Shown here one piece after another: positions 44,455 through 54,133 of a stretch of 64,000 nt of DNA. The DNA is from a virus. Position 1 is the first letter of the stretch; each line of letters begins with the position of its first letter. The notes under the pieces are model-generated. The model did no database searches. It was not told the origin of the DNA and saw nothing but the letters and a program-made list of their open reading frames with translations. The position numbers were made by a program, and so were the translations under genes. The stretch is taken from positions 1 through 64,000 of IMG/VR virus record IMGVR_UViG_3300044683_000172; one strand, written 5' to 3'.

Positions 44455-44664
44455 ATGCCGCGACGCCCTGGCCAATCCATCTGGTACATCGACGCCCACG
44501 GCAACGTCCAAGTCGGGTCATTCATCAACGAGCGCGACGGCAACGTGACGCTCGGTGTGGCCGGCGCTGGAACGATTACGGTGCGAGACATCAACACGTT
44601 CAACACCGAAGTCGCGGCGAACCGCGCCCAGGTCAATCGATGGTCGGCCAAATCTGGCCATTGA
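44455..44664 (+). CDS. hypothetical protein
   Basis: 69 aa, start overlapping the MazG stop. Confidence 0.4.
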   Translation: MPRRPGQSIWYIDAHGNVQVGSFINERDGNVTLGVAGAGTITVRDINTFNTEVAANRAQVNRWSAKSGH

Positions 44665-44744
44665 TGGACTGCTGATCTAGACCTATCATAAAGGCTCTGA
44701 CGATTCAGGGCCTTTATCACATTCAACAAGAAAGGAAAGAACTC

Positions 44745-45668
44745 ATGACCGACATCAAGAAGCCGATGCTTGCCCCGAATGATGAATTCGATGCTGACAC
44801 CTGCAAATTCCCCAAGCAGTGCTCGCCCAAGATCGATGGATTCCGCGCCTTCAACCAAGACGGCGTGATGTACACCCGCAGCGGCAAGCCGATTGCCAAT
44901 GAATTCACGCAGTCGCTGTTTTCACGAATCGAGTTCAGCGGCCTGGATGGTGAACTGGTTGTTGGCGAGCCGAACCATCCTGATGTCTTCAATAACAGCC
45001 AAGGTCCGCTGCGTCGGAAAGAAGGTGATCCTGGCGCTCGATGGTTTATCTTCGATGATCGAACTGATCCGACGCTGCCGTTTGAAGAGCGCATCCAGAT
45101 CGCCCATGCGCGCGTCTTTCAAATGCAACGGGAAGGAGTTCCGGGCTGCGATCGACTTGTGGCGCTGCCGCACATCATGATCCACGACAAGGATCATCTT
45201 GATCAATGCAAGTCCGACAACCTCAAAGACGGCTACGAAGGGACCATGCTGCGCGACCCGCAGGGCGTCTACAAGTTCGGCCGAGCCACGTACAAAGAGC
45301 AATTGCTGCTGAAGGTTAAGGACTTGGTTCACGAAGAAGGAACTATTCTCTATCTGGAAGAACAGATGATCAATGAGAATGAAGCTTTCAAGGACGAACT
45401 CGGTCGCACGAAGCGCTCTCAGCACTCCGAAAACATGGTTCCATCCGGCATGGCTGGCGCAGTGTGGATGAAGAACGATAAGTGGCCCGAACCTTTCAAG
45501 ATTTCCCTGGGCTCTGTGACGCACGAAGAGAAGAAGCGGATGTGGGCCTGCCGCGACCACTTCGTCGGGTGCATCGGAGCCTACAAGTACTTCGGCTACG
45601 GCTCAATCAACGCGCCGCGCCAAGGCGTTTGGAAGGGGTTGCGCTCGCCGGACGATATGGGCGAATAA
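44745..45668 (+). CDS. ATP-dependent DNA ligase
   Basis: Motif I CSPKIDGFRA (KxDG adenylation lysine). 307 aa. Confidence 0.85.
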   Translation: MTDIKKPMLAPNDEFDADTCKFPKQCSPKIDGFRAFNQDGVMYTRSGKPIANEFTQSLFSRIEFSGLDGELVVGEPNHPDVFNNSQGPLRRKEGDPGARWFIFDDRTDPTLPFEERIQIAHARVFQMQREGVPGCDRLVALPHIMIHDKDHLDQCKSDNLKDGYEGTMLRDPQGVYKFGRATYKEQLLLKVKDLVHEEGTILYLEEQMINENEAFKDELGRTKRSQHSENMVPSGMAGAVWMKNDKWPEPFKISLGSVTHEEKKRMWACRDHFVGCIGAYKYFGYGSINAPRQGVWKGLRSPDDMGE

Positions 45669-45836
45669 TCGCCGTTTTCGTGGGCCGAAAGTCGCGGCCA
45701 GACGGTCGCGACGACCTAAACTTTCGCCTTATTTTGTGTACGTTCGGGAGCCAATTTTAAGTCAGAATCGAGTAGTAACGTTCATTTGTATCATATATGC
45801 TTTAATCATCACAGAAAGATTAGAAAGGATCAAAAC

Positions 45837-46220
45837 ATGGACCATACTATCACGCTCAACCGAAACGGCGCAACAAGGACGATTCCGGTTGGCTTCAGCT
45901 GGACAACGCTTTTCTTTGCCATCGCGCCTTCGATCATCCGCAATCACTGGTCGTTCGTTTGGTATTGGTGCTTTGCGAACTTTCTGTCCATTCTTGCGGT
46001 CTTAGCCTGTGTCAATCTCGCTGAGGCGTATCCGGAAGCCGCGAGCAACTTCAGCATTCTCAGCGTCTTCGCCCTGTTCTTCGGGCACGTTTGGTGCGCC
46101 GTCTACCGAAACGAAATGCTGCTGAAGCACCTGATCAAGGATGGCTGGCAACTCGGATTCATTCAGCCGGTTAAAGTGAAGGCGGCTGTAGAGCTAAACG
46201 GCGAATCGGCCAATCAATAA
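45837..46220 (+). CDS. multi-TM membrane protein
   Basis: 127 aa with three or more hydrophobic helices. Confidence 0.45.
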   Translation: MDHTITLNRNGATRTIPVGFSWTTLFFAIAPSIIRNHWSFVWYWCFANFLSILAVLACVNLAEAYPEAASNFSILSVFALFFGHVWCAVYRNEMLLKHLIKDGWQLGFIQPVKVKAAVELNGESANQ

Positions 46221-46230
46221 GGAGGGCATC

Positions 46231-46926
46231 ATGCTCAAGCGTATTTCCAAGTTCAAACTCAATGGATGGTTCGTTCTCGGCCTGTTCATCGCGGCCATCC
46301 TCTTGGCCAACGTCGCAGCCCAGCGCGGCAAAGACGCCCAAAAATCGGCCGGCAATATCATTGCTTCTCTGCCCGTTTCGGATGCAAAGATTGTTGACGG
46401 AACGATCCAAAAGAAGCTCAAGGTGACCGTCGATCCCAAGAATGGCCAGCAGATGTATGGATCGACAAACTATCTGGCTTGGCGTGACGAAATCACAGGC
46501 GGCAAATATTGGAATTTGATGACGTTCAGTTCCGATCAAACGCAGGCCATTTCCATCGTCCAGAACCCCAGCGGGCGCGGCGCGGTTTTCGTGTTTCCGA
46601 GGTGGCTCGCCGCCGACATGGATGGCAACGTCATCGTTCAAGCGCGCTTCACAATGCGCGATGGAACGGCCGTCGTTCGGGAGTACCGGGCGCGCCTGTC
46701 TGTCGTCCGCGAGACGATGAATCAGGCCGTGTTGCTGACGAAAGAAGCGTCCAATGACCTGGCAGCCCTCATGACGACATCCGTCCACGTCGCGGCCCGA
46801 GCGCCAGCCGCCAATGGCGAAGACACATTCATCCGGCTGCAGATCGACCCGGTTGATTGGATGGCGTCGATTCGAAATGAGCGGATTGTGCCGCTGGATG
46901 AAACGATAAACGGGAAGCAATCATGA
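46231..46926 (+). CDS. membrane-anchored periplasmic protein
   Basis: N-terminal TM WFVLGLFIAAILLANVAA. 231 aa. Confidence 0.5.
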   Translation: MLKRISKFKLNGWFVLGLFIAAILLANVAAQRGKDAQKSAGNIIASLPVSDAKIVDGTIQKKLKVTVDPKNGQQMYGSTNYLAWRDEITGGKYWNLMTFSSDQTQAISIVQNPSGRGAVFVFPRWLAADMDGNVIVQARFTMRDGTAVVREYRARLSVVRETMNQAVLLTKEASNDLAALMTTSVHVAARAPAANGEDTFIRLQIDPVDWMASIRNERIVPLDETINGKQS

Positions 46927-47090
46927 GGATTGCCCTGGTTTTTGTTCTTCTAGTGTTAACGGGATGTAGTACAATTCAGGAGCGCTATTCTCGCGCCTAT
47001 GAACGCCATCCCTGCGGCAACATCTGGGACTACTGCCCAGGAGATAACGAGTTCATTGACCAACTCAATAAGATTCTCCAGGGGAAATAG
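46923..47090 (+). CDS. small lipoprotein (55 aa)
   Basis: Lipobox VLTGC. Confidence 0.35.
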   Translation: MRIALVFVLLVLTGCSTIQERYSRAYERHPCGNIWDYCPGDNEFIDQLNKILQGK

Positions 47091-47092
47091 TG

Positions 47093-47329
47093 ATGTTCCG
47101 TCGATTCAGAAAGCCGCGCGCAGTTGAAGGGTCGGTATTCTCGCCAGCCAGCAAGGAAACTACCGACCAATTGACCATCGTCTTGATCAAGTTGATCGGC
47201 GAGACGGTCCACGGGAAGCTTCTGAGGGCGGCCCTGGTCGGCGCGGTTTCGGCGGGAACGTACTATGCCACGGACACAGGGCAAACGCCCAATCCAACGC
47301 ATCAAGTCGCCGTCAAACCGGCGCAATAA
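47093..47329 (+). CDS. hypothetical small protein (possible holin-like, weak)
   Basis: 79 aa with one hydrophobic segment. Converges on the endolysin gene. Confidence 0.35.
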   Translation: MFRRFRKPRAVEGSVFSPASKETTDQLTIVLIKLIGETVHGKLLRAALVGAVSAGTYYATDTGQTPNPTHQVAVKPAQ

Positions 47330-47358
47330 AAAGGGCTCCAATCGGAGCCCTTTTCTTT
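47328..47358. terminator. bidirectional rho-independent terminator (aaaa gggctcc aatc ggagccc tttt)
   Basis: Perfect 7-bp stem flanked by A-run and T-run between convergent genes. Confidence 0.65.
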
Positions 47359-47827
47359 ACTTGATCCATCCCGGCATATAACCCGTGCCGGTCTTGATGG
47401 TCAGAAGTTGCCGTCGTGGCTTCTGGCCTGCAGGAGCAAGACCGATGTGGACCCAACGACCGAATTCATGGATGAGTTGATCAAACTCGATTCCGGCGCG
47501 TTGGATTGCGAGTCCGAATTCATACGGCGTCATGCCCGGCTGGTTGATGTCCGCAGCGAGACCTAGAACATGGGCGCTGTTCGCGGCGCCGCCAACGGCC
47601 TTGTTGAGCTCAGGGCAACGGTAGCCGCTGGTGACGATGATCGGCTTGTTGCCGGCTGCCTTGGAGCGTACTTCTTCCAGCGTCTGCGCCGTCCGAAGAA
47701 GATTGGCCAGGGCGAAGTCCGACGGCGTGTTGTCGATTCCGCGACGCGCGGCTGTATCGCTGGCCGTGAGCTCTGCCAGGGTGAAGTGCGTAGTCAGTTG
47801 ATTGTTCATTTCGGCATCTCCGGCCAT
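47357..47827 (-). CDS. endolysin, peptidase M15 family (L-Ala-D-Glu / D-Ala-D-Ala peptidase)
   Basis: SGYRCPELNKAVGGAANSAHVLGLAADI zinc-binding M15 motif set. Confidence 0.75.
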   Translation of the reverse strand: MAGDAEMNNQLTTHFTLAELTASDTAARRGIDNTPSDFALANLLRTAQTLEEVRSKAAGNKPIIVTSGYRCPELNKAVGGAANSAHVLGLAADINQPGMTPYEFGLAIQRAGIEFDQLIHEFGRWVHIGLAPAGQKPRRQLLTIKTGTGYMPGWIK

Positions 47828-48216
47828 TGGATGTTTTGCGGGAAACCTTCTTGCAACGGAAGATCGCGAAGGGCCTGTCTCACGGCGCCAATTTCCTTCA
47901 TGGCTTCCTGGTCGCCAGATTCCAGGGCCTTCATGAATGGGCCGTCCGTCTTGGCCAATAGAGTGTCGCGCTGGGCGCGCGCGATATAGGACGCCACCGC
48001 GCTTTTCGCCTCGTCACCGTATTTTTGGACAAGTTCCTTCAACTCGTCTTCGCTCGGTTGAGGAATGTCTTCCCGGAACCAGAAATAGATCGCGGCTTCC
48101 TTCCCCTGCTGGTTCGTTTCTGGGTCGATCTCAGCGCCAACAAGGAAGTCAACGCCCTGCTTCAGATTCGGATACTTCTTCTGAATACAATAAGTCAATT
48201 CGTCATGAGTTACCAT
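47806..48216 (-). CDS. putative tail fibre assembly / chaperone protein
   Basis: 136-aa gene immediately downstream of the tail fibre gene. Confidence 0.4.
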   Translation of the reverse strand: MVTHDELTYCIQKKYPNLKQGVDFLVGAEIDPETNQQGKEAAIYFWFREDIPQPSEDELKELVQKYGDEAKSAVASYIARAQRDTLLAKTDGPFMKALESGDQEAMKEIGAVRQALRDLPLQEGFPQNIQWPEMPK

Positions 48217-48225
48217 TTGAACCTC

Positions 48226-49944
48226 TTATGATTGAATCACCACTGCGCCGCGAAGCCAAACGATGGTGGTGTTTCCCTGGTTGCGCATGCCGCACATGAA
48301 GTACGGAGTCGGGATATCATACGTTTGGTCGCCGCCTGCCGAGATGTTGATTGCGCCGAATTCCACGACGCCGCCTCGTGCTGCGGTCGCGCCATTGATT
48401 GCAACGGCGCCAACTCCGCTGACTTGCGGCCTCTGCTCGAAAGTGGCGATCCCTGTAGCGCGAGAAATCAGGAGCGCGTTATTCAGATAGGTGCCATTGT
48501 CCGAGTATCTTGCCAGAACAAAGCTGCTGCCTGCATTGCCACCGGTTTCACCATCACCAGCACCGCCCATGAACCAACGTTGGATATTGTTGGTCAATGC
48601 GAACATTCCTCTGAGCGTGCCTGCTCCGGAGCTGACGTTCACTTGGCTGTTGTTTCCAAGCGCTCCGTTTGTGACGCTCAAGATGCCGTCAAAAGATATC
48701 GTCCCGAGTCGTCTGTTTATGATCATCGGAACATTGATGATCGATCCATCGTCTGCGTATCGCTCAATTCTGAAGTTGCTTCCGTTGTTGCTGCCGCTCT
48801 CGCCGTCCGCAGAGGATGCAATAACCCACCTAGCATTGTTGTTCGTTGAGAACAGAACGTACTTAGGTTGATTCAAAATCCCGTTGACGACCAAAGTCGC
48901 AGCCCCATTCAGCGGTGAAATCCCCAGATTGCCAGTCAGCGTTCCGCCAGTAAGAGGGAGATATTTACTGGGATCAAAATTGCCGCTATCCCACGGAGTC
49001 TTACCGGCCCACTTTGGCTGATATTTGAAATTGAATACACCATCAGCCCGACCGACAACGACAACATCATCAATATAACTTCCATTGTCTGCGTACCGGC
49101 TGATGGCATAGCTGGACCCTGCATTGGCCCCAGTCTCTGCATCCGATCCACGGCCGACTTGCCAACGCATCGACCCGTTCGTCAGGTATTTGTTGAATGC
49201 GCCGTTGGCTGCTGCAGTGCTGATGCTGATGTTGCCGCTGAACGTATCGCCTGCCAAATTCGCCGCGACAATCCAGTTGGACCATGCACCATTGGTCGCG
49301 CCGCGAACCATGATTCGACCGGTTCTCGCCGAGTATCGCTGGATGACGTTCGTGTTGGAGCCATCCTTCCAGGTCTTGACTTCGAGCATGCCGCTGACGA
49401 CAGTGCCCAAGTTGGCGCAGCCTGCGGCGACGGCGTCATTCTGGATTTCGTAAGTCGCATTCGCCGTGAGCGTGTTGAGATCGACAGGAGCGCCGATGAC
49501 TTCCGCTGACGGCGTGCCGGCGCCAGAAGGCATCGGGACATACGGAATGATGTCACTGACCTGCTGCACATAGGACCACTTGTCAGGGTTGCCAGTCGGG
49601 TCCGAAACGTTGTTTTGGACCAAGGACCGGTAGGGGCGCCACACGCCGTCTGCGCCTTGACGCATCACGAATGCGTTTTGGGCGTAGCCGTTAGGCATGT
49701 TGGAGAACCATGGCGAAAAACCGAACTGCTGCCAAACTTGGACGTTCGAAGTCAGCAAGTTGAACAGATAGTTCTGAACGCCGCGCTCCACCGCCTTGGC
49801 CTGCGGGTCGCCACTCGAAAGGCTGATTTCATAATACTTCGTATAGCCTTCGGTATTGTTGACGAATCCGTTCGGATCGGTATCCGGAGTGGCAGTTTTG
49901 TCGCCTTGGTCGGCAAACGGAATTTTGATCAGATCAGCGGACAT
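48226..49944 (-). CDS. tail fibre protein
   Basis: 572 aa, Gly/Asn/Thr/Ser-rich repetitive beta-type sequence after baseplate genes I and J. Confidence 0.7.
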   Translation of the reverse strand: MSADLIKIPFADQGDKTATPDTDPNGFVNNTEGYTKYYEISLSSGDPQAKAVERGVQNYLFNLLTSNVQVWQQFGFSPWFSNMPNGYAQNAFVMRQGADGVWRPYRSLVQNNVSDPTGNPDKWSYVQQVSDIIPYVPMPSGAGTPSAEVIGAPVDLNTLTANATYEIQNDAVAAGCANLGTVVSGMLEVKTWKDGSNTNVIQRYSARTGRIMVRGATNGAWSNWIVAANLAGDTFSGNISISTAAANGAFNKYLTNGSMRWQVGRGSDAETGANAGSSYAISRYADNGSYIDDVVVVGRADGVFNFKYQPKWAGKTPWDSGNFDPSKYLPLTGGTLTGNLGISPLNGAATLVVNGILNQPKYVLFSTNNNARWVIASSADGESGSNNGSNFRIERYADDGSIINVPMIINRRLGTISFDGILSVTNGALGNNSQVNVSSGAGTLRGMFALTNNIQRWFMGGAGDGETGGNAGSSFVLARYSDNGTYLNNALLISRATGIATFEQRPQVSGVGAVAINGATAARGGVVEFGAINISAGGDQTYDIPTPYFMCGMRNQGNTTIVWLRGAVVIQS

Positions 49945-50624
49945 TATGGCACCAAAGTGACTGTGATTTTACTTCCTGCAAATTGCGGCAGGATTCCGTA
50001 TTCAGTTTCTTGCAGAAGGTTCGTGAATTGCGCCGAAAGATTCAAGCCCGAGCCGAAGAGATATTCAATTTGGAACGGCCCTTGAGCGCCAGACACGTGA
50101 GTTACATCACGAACCACGGCAAACTTTTTCGCCGTGTAGTCATATGCAGCGTCTGGAGAAAAAATGTTCTTCAACATCCGGTTGACGAATTCGATTCGAC
50201 CATTGCTCACCAGCGCGGCATATCGCAGAAGTAGGGCATATCTGACTTCCGTAAGACTCGTCAAGGTCGTTCGGCCACCACCATAGAAGTTACCGCCAAT
50301 GGTATTTGGATTCTGCAACCCAGGGCTCAGGCTCGGGTCCCATTTGAAGTTTTGACGGTTCTTTCCGTATGCCCATGCATTGGAAGTTCCTTGAAGGCCG
50401 AACAGCTGAGAAGGAACCCCAAGAATCACACACCACACCATCAGGCCGAAAGTGTTGGCCGTCTTCAAGTTGAAGACGTTCGTTTGCCATGCATCCCAGA
50501 ATGCTTTGTTATTCAGATCGTACCATTTGGCCTTTGCCTGAATGATAGATTGAATTCTGGGAGCGTTCGACTGGAGCCACTTCAGCGCTTGCTGAATGTC
50601 TCCATTCCAAATGGGCATGCTCAT
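49944..50624 (-). CDS. baseplate / tail protein I-like (P2 gpI / Mu gp48-like)
   Basis: Position after the baseplate J gene. Size 226 aa. Confidence 0.55.
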   Translation of the reverse strand: MSMPIWNGDIQQALKWLQSNAPRIQSIIQAKAKWYDLNNKAFWDAWQTNVFNLKTANTFGLMVWCVILGVPSQLFGLQGTSNAWAYGKNRQNFKWDPSLSPGLQNPNTIGGNFYGGGRTTLTSLTEVRYALLLRYAALVSNGRIEFVNRMLKNIFSPDAAYDYTAKKFAVVRDVTHVSGAQGPFQIEYLFGSGLNLSAQFTNLLQETEYGILPQFAGSKITVTLVP

Positions 50625-51877
50625 TGGACCACCACGATGATTCGGCCGCGATCTGCGATGCCTTGTTCGAAGGGCTTCAGCGGATACTCATACACATAGT
50701 CGGCCGGATAGCTCGGCGGCGACGCGCCGTGGGGAACGACCGCCACGCGGCACTCCTTCACGTACATCCCAGGAAGCTCTCGGCTTACAGCGCCTGCAAT
50801 CTCCCAAGACGACACCGAGGTGCCAACGGTCAGACCGTCTTCGCCAGCCAGCTGGCCGGTTGCATAATCCATGACGGCGTTGCGAATGGCCGGCTCGGGA
50901 TCGGCCACCGATTGGGTCTGCGACACAATGAAGTGCACATATACGTCATACAGAACCGGGGTTGTGAACTGGACGTAATATTGCTGCTGCGTGCTTTGGT
51001 CCACAACGGTGATGCCATTGGGAGGGCTGACTGCCACGCCAGAATTCGATCCGTAGTCCCATGGGCATCCGCCTTGGTGCGCGGCATACAGCGCATTGGC
51101 CACATCCTGAAGGTTGGGAGTTCCGGCGACGCAAACCCACATGGCATTCGGCTTTGTGAAGGTCACGCCATTCACGACGCCGGCCGTGCCTGTGTTGTTT
51201 TCGACGACTTGGCACGACGTAACGTTGGCTACGTCCAAGACCGCCGCGCGGATTGCAGCGGACGAGCCGAGTCCTTGAGCAGCCAATCTCTGGTTCCGAA
51301 GGTTCTTCAACTTCGGATCGTTTACTGCGGTTGTTCCGGGCGTGACAGTCGTCGTCGGCAGCACTTGAATGGAGCCCCATCCGATAATACCATCAAGGAT
51401 CGTCATCGATCCAACAGGAAGATCAACGCTGCCATACTGTTGAGAAGCGACGACTGCCGTATCGATGGTTCCGGCCGCAGGAATGGTGATGTCTCCGACC
51501 GTCACAAATACATCGCCAGCGCCCGTTTGGACGCGCGATCCGTCAGGAACAACCGTGTTGAGGTTGCCTGTGACACGAAGGTTCCGGCCGACGGTGGATT
51601 GGTTCTTGCCGCGATCAACACCGAGAAGCGCGGCCAGCGCGTCCAGGAAAACGCCATAGGCTTCGTTCGGATTGATCTGATTTGCCAGCTCTGCGTTGTT
51701 CCGCATCACAGCGGAACGGGCGATGACTTCCGCCGCGATGATCGTGCCTTGGGGCGTTGAAGCATCCAGATCGAGATTGTTTCCGAATGCATCTTTCCAT
51801 TCGTTTTGGACCTCGGTCAGGATGTCTTGCGTATCGGCGACGATTACGCCGGTATCCATCAAATATTGATATGGCAT
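50621..51877 (-). CDS. baseplate J-like protein
   Basis: 418 aa. N-terminal region typical of the baseplate J family. Synteny with the I-like and fibre genes. Confidence 0.75.
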   Translation of the reverse strand: MPYQYLMDTGVIVADTQDILTEVQNEWKDAFGNNLDLDASTPQGTIIAAEVIARSAVMRNNAELANQINPNEAYGVFLDALAALLGVDRGKNQSTVGRNLRVTGNLNTVVPDGSRVQTGAGDVFVTVGDITIPAAGTIDTAVVASQQYGSVDLPVGSMTILDGIIGWGSIQVLPTTTVTPGTTAVNDPKLKNLRNQRLAAQGLGSSAAIRAAVLDVANVTSCQVVENNTGTAGVVNGVTFTKPNAMWVCVAGTPNLQDVANALYAAHQGGCPWDYGSNSGVAVSPPNGITVVDQSTQQQYYVQFTTPVLYDVYVHFIVSQTQSVADPEPAIRNAVMDYATGQLAGEDGLTVGTSVSSWEIAGAVSRELPGMYVKECRVAVVPHGASPPSYPADYVYEYPLKPFEQGIADRGRIIVVVQ

Positions 51878-51879
51878 GA

Positions 51880-52641
51880 TCAGAATTGATTCGTGTTGGC
51901 GTTGCCGGGCTGAACGCCGCCGTGGACGTGGTGGTCAACTCGTTTGCCGGCCACCGTCGTTTCCGTCGGAAGATCGCAAGGCTTCCCAGAGGCCGCGCCA
52001 AATCCGCCGTTCGCAGCCGTAGGCCCTTGCAGAGTCGTCGATTGCTCAACAGTAAGGTTGCCGTCGATTTTCACATCCTTTGAGAACTCTGCCAAAGGAA
52101 CGTCCACAAGCACTTTCGAAGGTGCTGTGATTTTTATGTTGTCTGACCGAATGGAAATTCGAGTCGCGCCGTCTGTCGATTGAATGACCATGGCGTCCGA
52201 ATCTTCGGCGTTCATCACGTACTTACTAAACACATCTGGAACAAACAGGCCGTCCGCGAATTTGTGGAATCGATCAGTCGGCGGGTATTGCTCAGTTAGA
52301 GTTTGCTTCCACAGAGAAATATCTCTGTCGGATGCATAAATCCAACCATTAGACCCTGGCTTGAGCGGAAAGGAGATGTGGTAGCCGCCGCCGCCCAACG
52401 ACAATACGCAGATGTCAATCAGTTCATTTCTTGGAATTAGCTGATCGCGCTGACCAACAAACATGATCTGCGGCTTGACCCTGGCGACATTTCTCGTTCG
52501 GTCGAAGGAGACGACCACGGCCGGGATCATGACTTCAAAATCGATTGCGAATCGCTCAAGGATGTACCTGAACGCCGCAGTATCACTCGTGGTGTCTGAC
52601 GGCTTTTGCGCTAAAATCGGATTTTGCTGACTTTCGGCCAT
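51880..52641 (-). CDS. baseplate assembly protein (gpV / gp45-spike or gpW-like)
   Basis: 253-aa ORF directly upstream of J. Confidence 0.45.
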   Translation of the reverse strand: MAESQQNPILAQKPSDTTSDTAAFRYILERFAIDFEVMIPAVVVSFDRTRNVARVKPQIMFVGQRDQLIPRNELIDICVLSLGGGGYHISFPLKPGSNGWIYASDRDISLWKQTLTEQYPPTDRFHKFADGLFVPDVFSKYVMNAEDSDAMVIQSTDGATRISIRSDNIKITAPSKVLVDVPLAEFSKDVKIDGNLTVEQSTTLQGPTAANGGFGAASGKPCDLPTETTVAGKRVDHHVHGGVQPGNANTNQF

Positions 52642-52694
52642 TGAGCATCCTTTTTGTCGCCATATTATAGGATGTACTCATGGCCATGTAAATC

Positions 52695-53261
52695 TCATCG
52701 CTTCTTGGTTTTGGCTTCCTTTTCGGCTGCTTCATAAGCGAGTGCTTTATTGATGCCTTGAACGACAAGAACATCGAACATCTTGAAGGCATCCTCAAGC
52801 GAGTAATACTCTTCCAATTCTTTAAGGGTCGCCGCGCCCTCTTGAATGAGATGGGAAAGCATCGGGTCCAAAGCTTCGCTGCGAACAGCGTCAACTCCGC
52901 TGACAAATCGAGCAGGAACTTTGGCGCTTTTCCAATTCTTCAGGAATCCGAATGAGTGATCCGAAACCAATGCGCAGACGCCATTCAAAGCAAGCTTGGG
53001 CATCATCATTCCGGTGATATCGCCAACTTTCTTGTTTATGACGTCTCGATCATTGAGCTTCAGCCAATTGTCTCCGTCCAGGAGTTCAGTGTCGCAAAGA
53101 ATTTCCAAGGGACTCATATCTGTGGCTCTGTTCAGATATTCCATCGCCTTGGTTGCGGAGAACTGTTTCGTTCGATACTTCTTTCCGAATGCATCGAACA
53201 CAAGAATCTGTCTCATTGAATCTCTCTGCTGATGGTTCCTGCGGGCGGCGATCCAAGGCAC
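52695..53261 (-). CDS. hypothetical protein embedded in the baseplate module
   Basis: 188-aa ORF without recognisable structural motifs. Overlaps the upstream gene by ~50 nt. Confidence 0.4.
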   Translation of the reverse strand: MPWIAARRNHQQRDSMRQILVFDAFGKKYRTKQFSATKAMEYLNRATDMSPLEILCDTELLDGDNWLKLNDRDVINKKVGDITGMMMPKLALNGVCALVSDHSFGFLKNWKSAKVPARFVSGVDAVRSEALDPMLSHLIQEGAATLKELEEYYSLEDAFKMFDVLVVQGINKALAYEAAEKEAKTKKR

Positions 53262-54133
53262 TGCATGTAGAACGCGGTATCCCGGCTGCTGAGATCGTAT
53301 TGTATCGCGTAGATCAAATAATCGATGTTGTTGACCAGCGGATTCATCTTGGACTGCAAACGCGCGGCATTGGTCAGACGCATGTTCGGATCAAACATTG
53401 TCTTGAAAGTGACGCCCCAATCTTGCCAAACCGGAGTTCCGATGAATTCCGACAGCGTCATTTTTGCATCGGGATTCACCAGTTTATCTCGGTCTTTCAC
53501 GTATAGGAAATCATCATCAATGAATGCTGAGACATCCGCAGAGTAATAACCCTGGATTTCGATCAAAAGCGCGGATACAACCGCAACGCCGCGCATGGCG
53601 TTCGGTATGATCTCATCATTGTGGCTTGTGTCACAAACGAATCTATCGTCAAACTGCATTTGTTTCGCGGCCCACGCGACCAATTCTTTGAATGTGGCAT
53701 TCTCAGGCGGCGCTCCTGAGATGTTCTTGGTCTTGTCAGACTGCCGCGTGAAGCATTGAATCGTCATCACCAAGTTTGGTGGCGGAGAAGATATATCCAC
53801 CGTCACGATCTGGCCTTGGTACACCACAGATTTGGTCTCAACGCCATTGGACGAATATCCGGCTTCAATTTGAATATTCGCCCAATATTGAACATCGCCG
53901 CCGCGATCAATCTTTCTCTTGTCCCACGCCGTGAAGTTGGACAGCAGAAGTTCTCGCAGAGAAGTAGACATCCCGCCGATATCGATGGTGGCCATGTTCT
54001 GGATGGCCAAAGCCGCCTTGTTTATTCGGGCTCTGAGCATCAATGATTCATCCAGGACGACACGAGTCATCGTGCCGTCCGTTCCCACAGGGATGTCAAT
54101 TGTGAATCGAAGGATTCTCTTTTTCAGAGGCAT
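53213..54133 (-). CDS. baseplate hub / tail protein (gp44 / gpD-like position)
   Basis: 306 aa, immediately after the tape measure gene. Confidence 0.45.
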   Translation of the reverse strand: MPLKKRILRFTIDIPVGTDGTMTRVVLDESLMLRARINKAALAIQNMATIDIGGMSTSLRELLLSNFTAWDKRKIDRGGDVQYWANIQIEAGYSSNGVETKSVVYQGQIVTVDISSPPPNLVMTIQCFTRQSDKTKNISGAPPENATFKELVAWAAKQMQFDDRFVCDTSHNDEIIPNAMRGVAVVSALLIEIQGYYSADVSAFIDDDFLYVKDRDKLVNPDAKMTLSEFIGTPVWQDWGVTFKTMFDPNMRLTNAARLQSKMNPLVNNIDYLIYAIQYDLSSRDTAFYMQCLGSPPAGTISREIQ

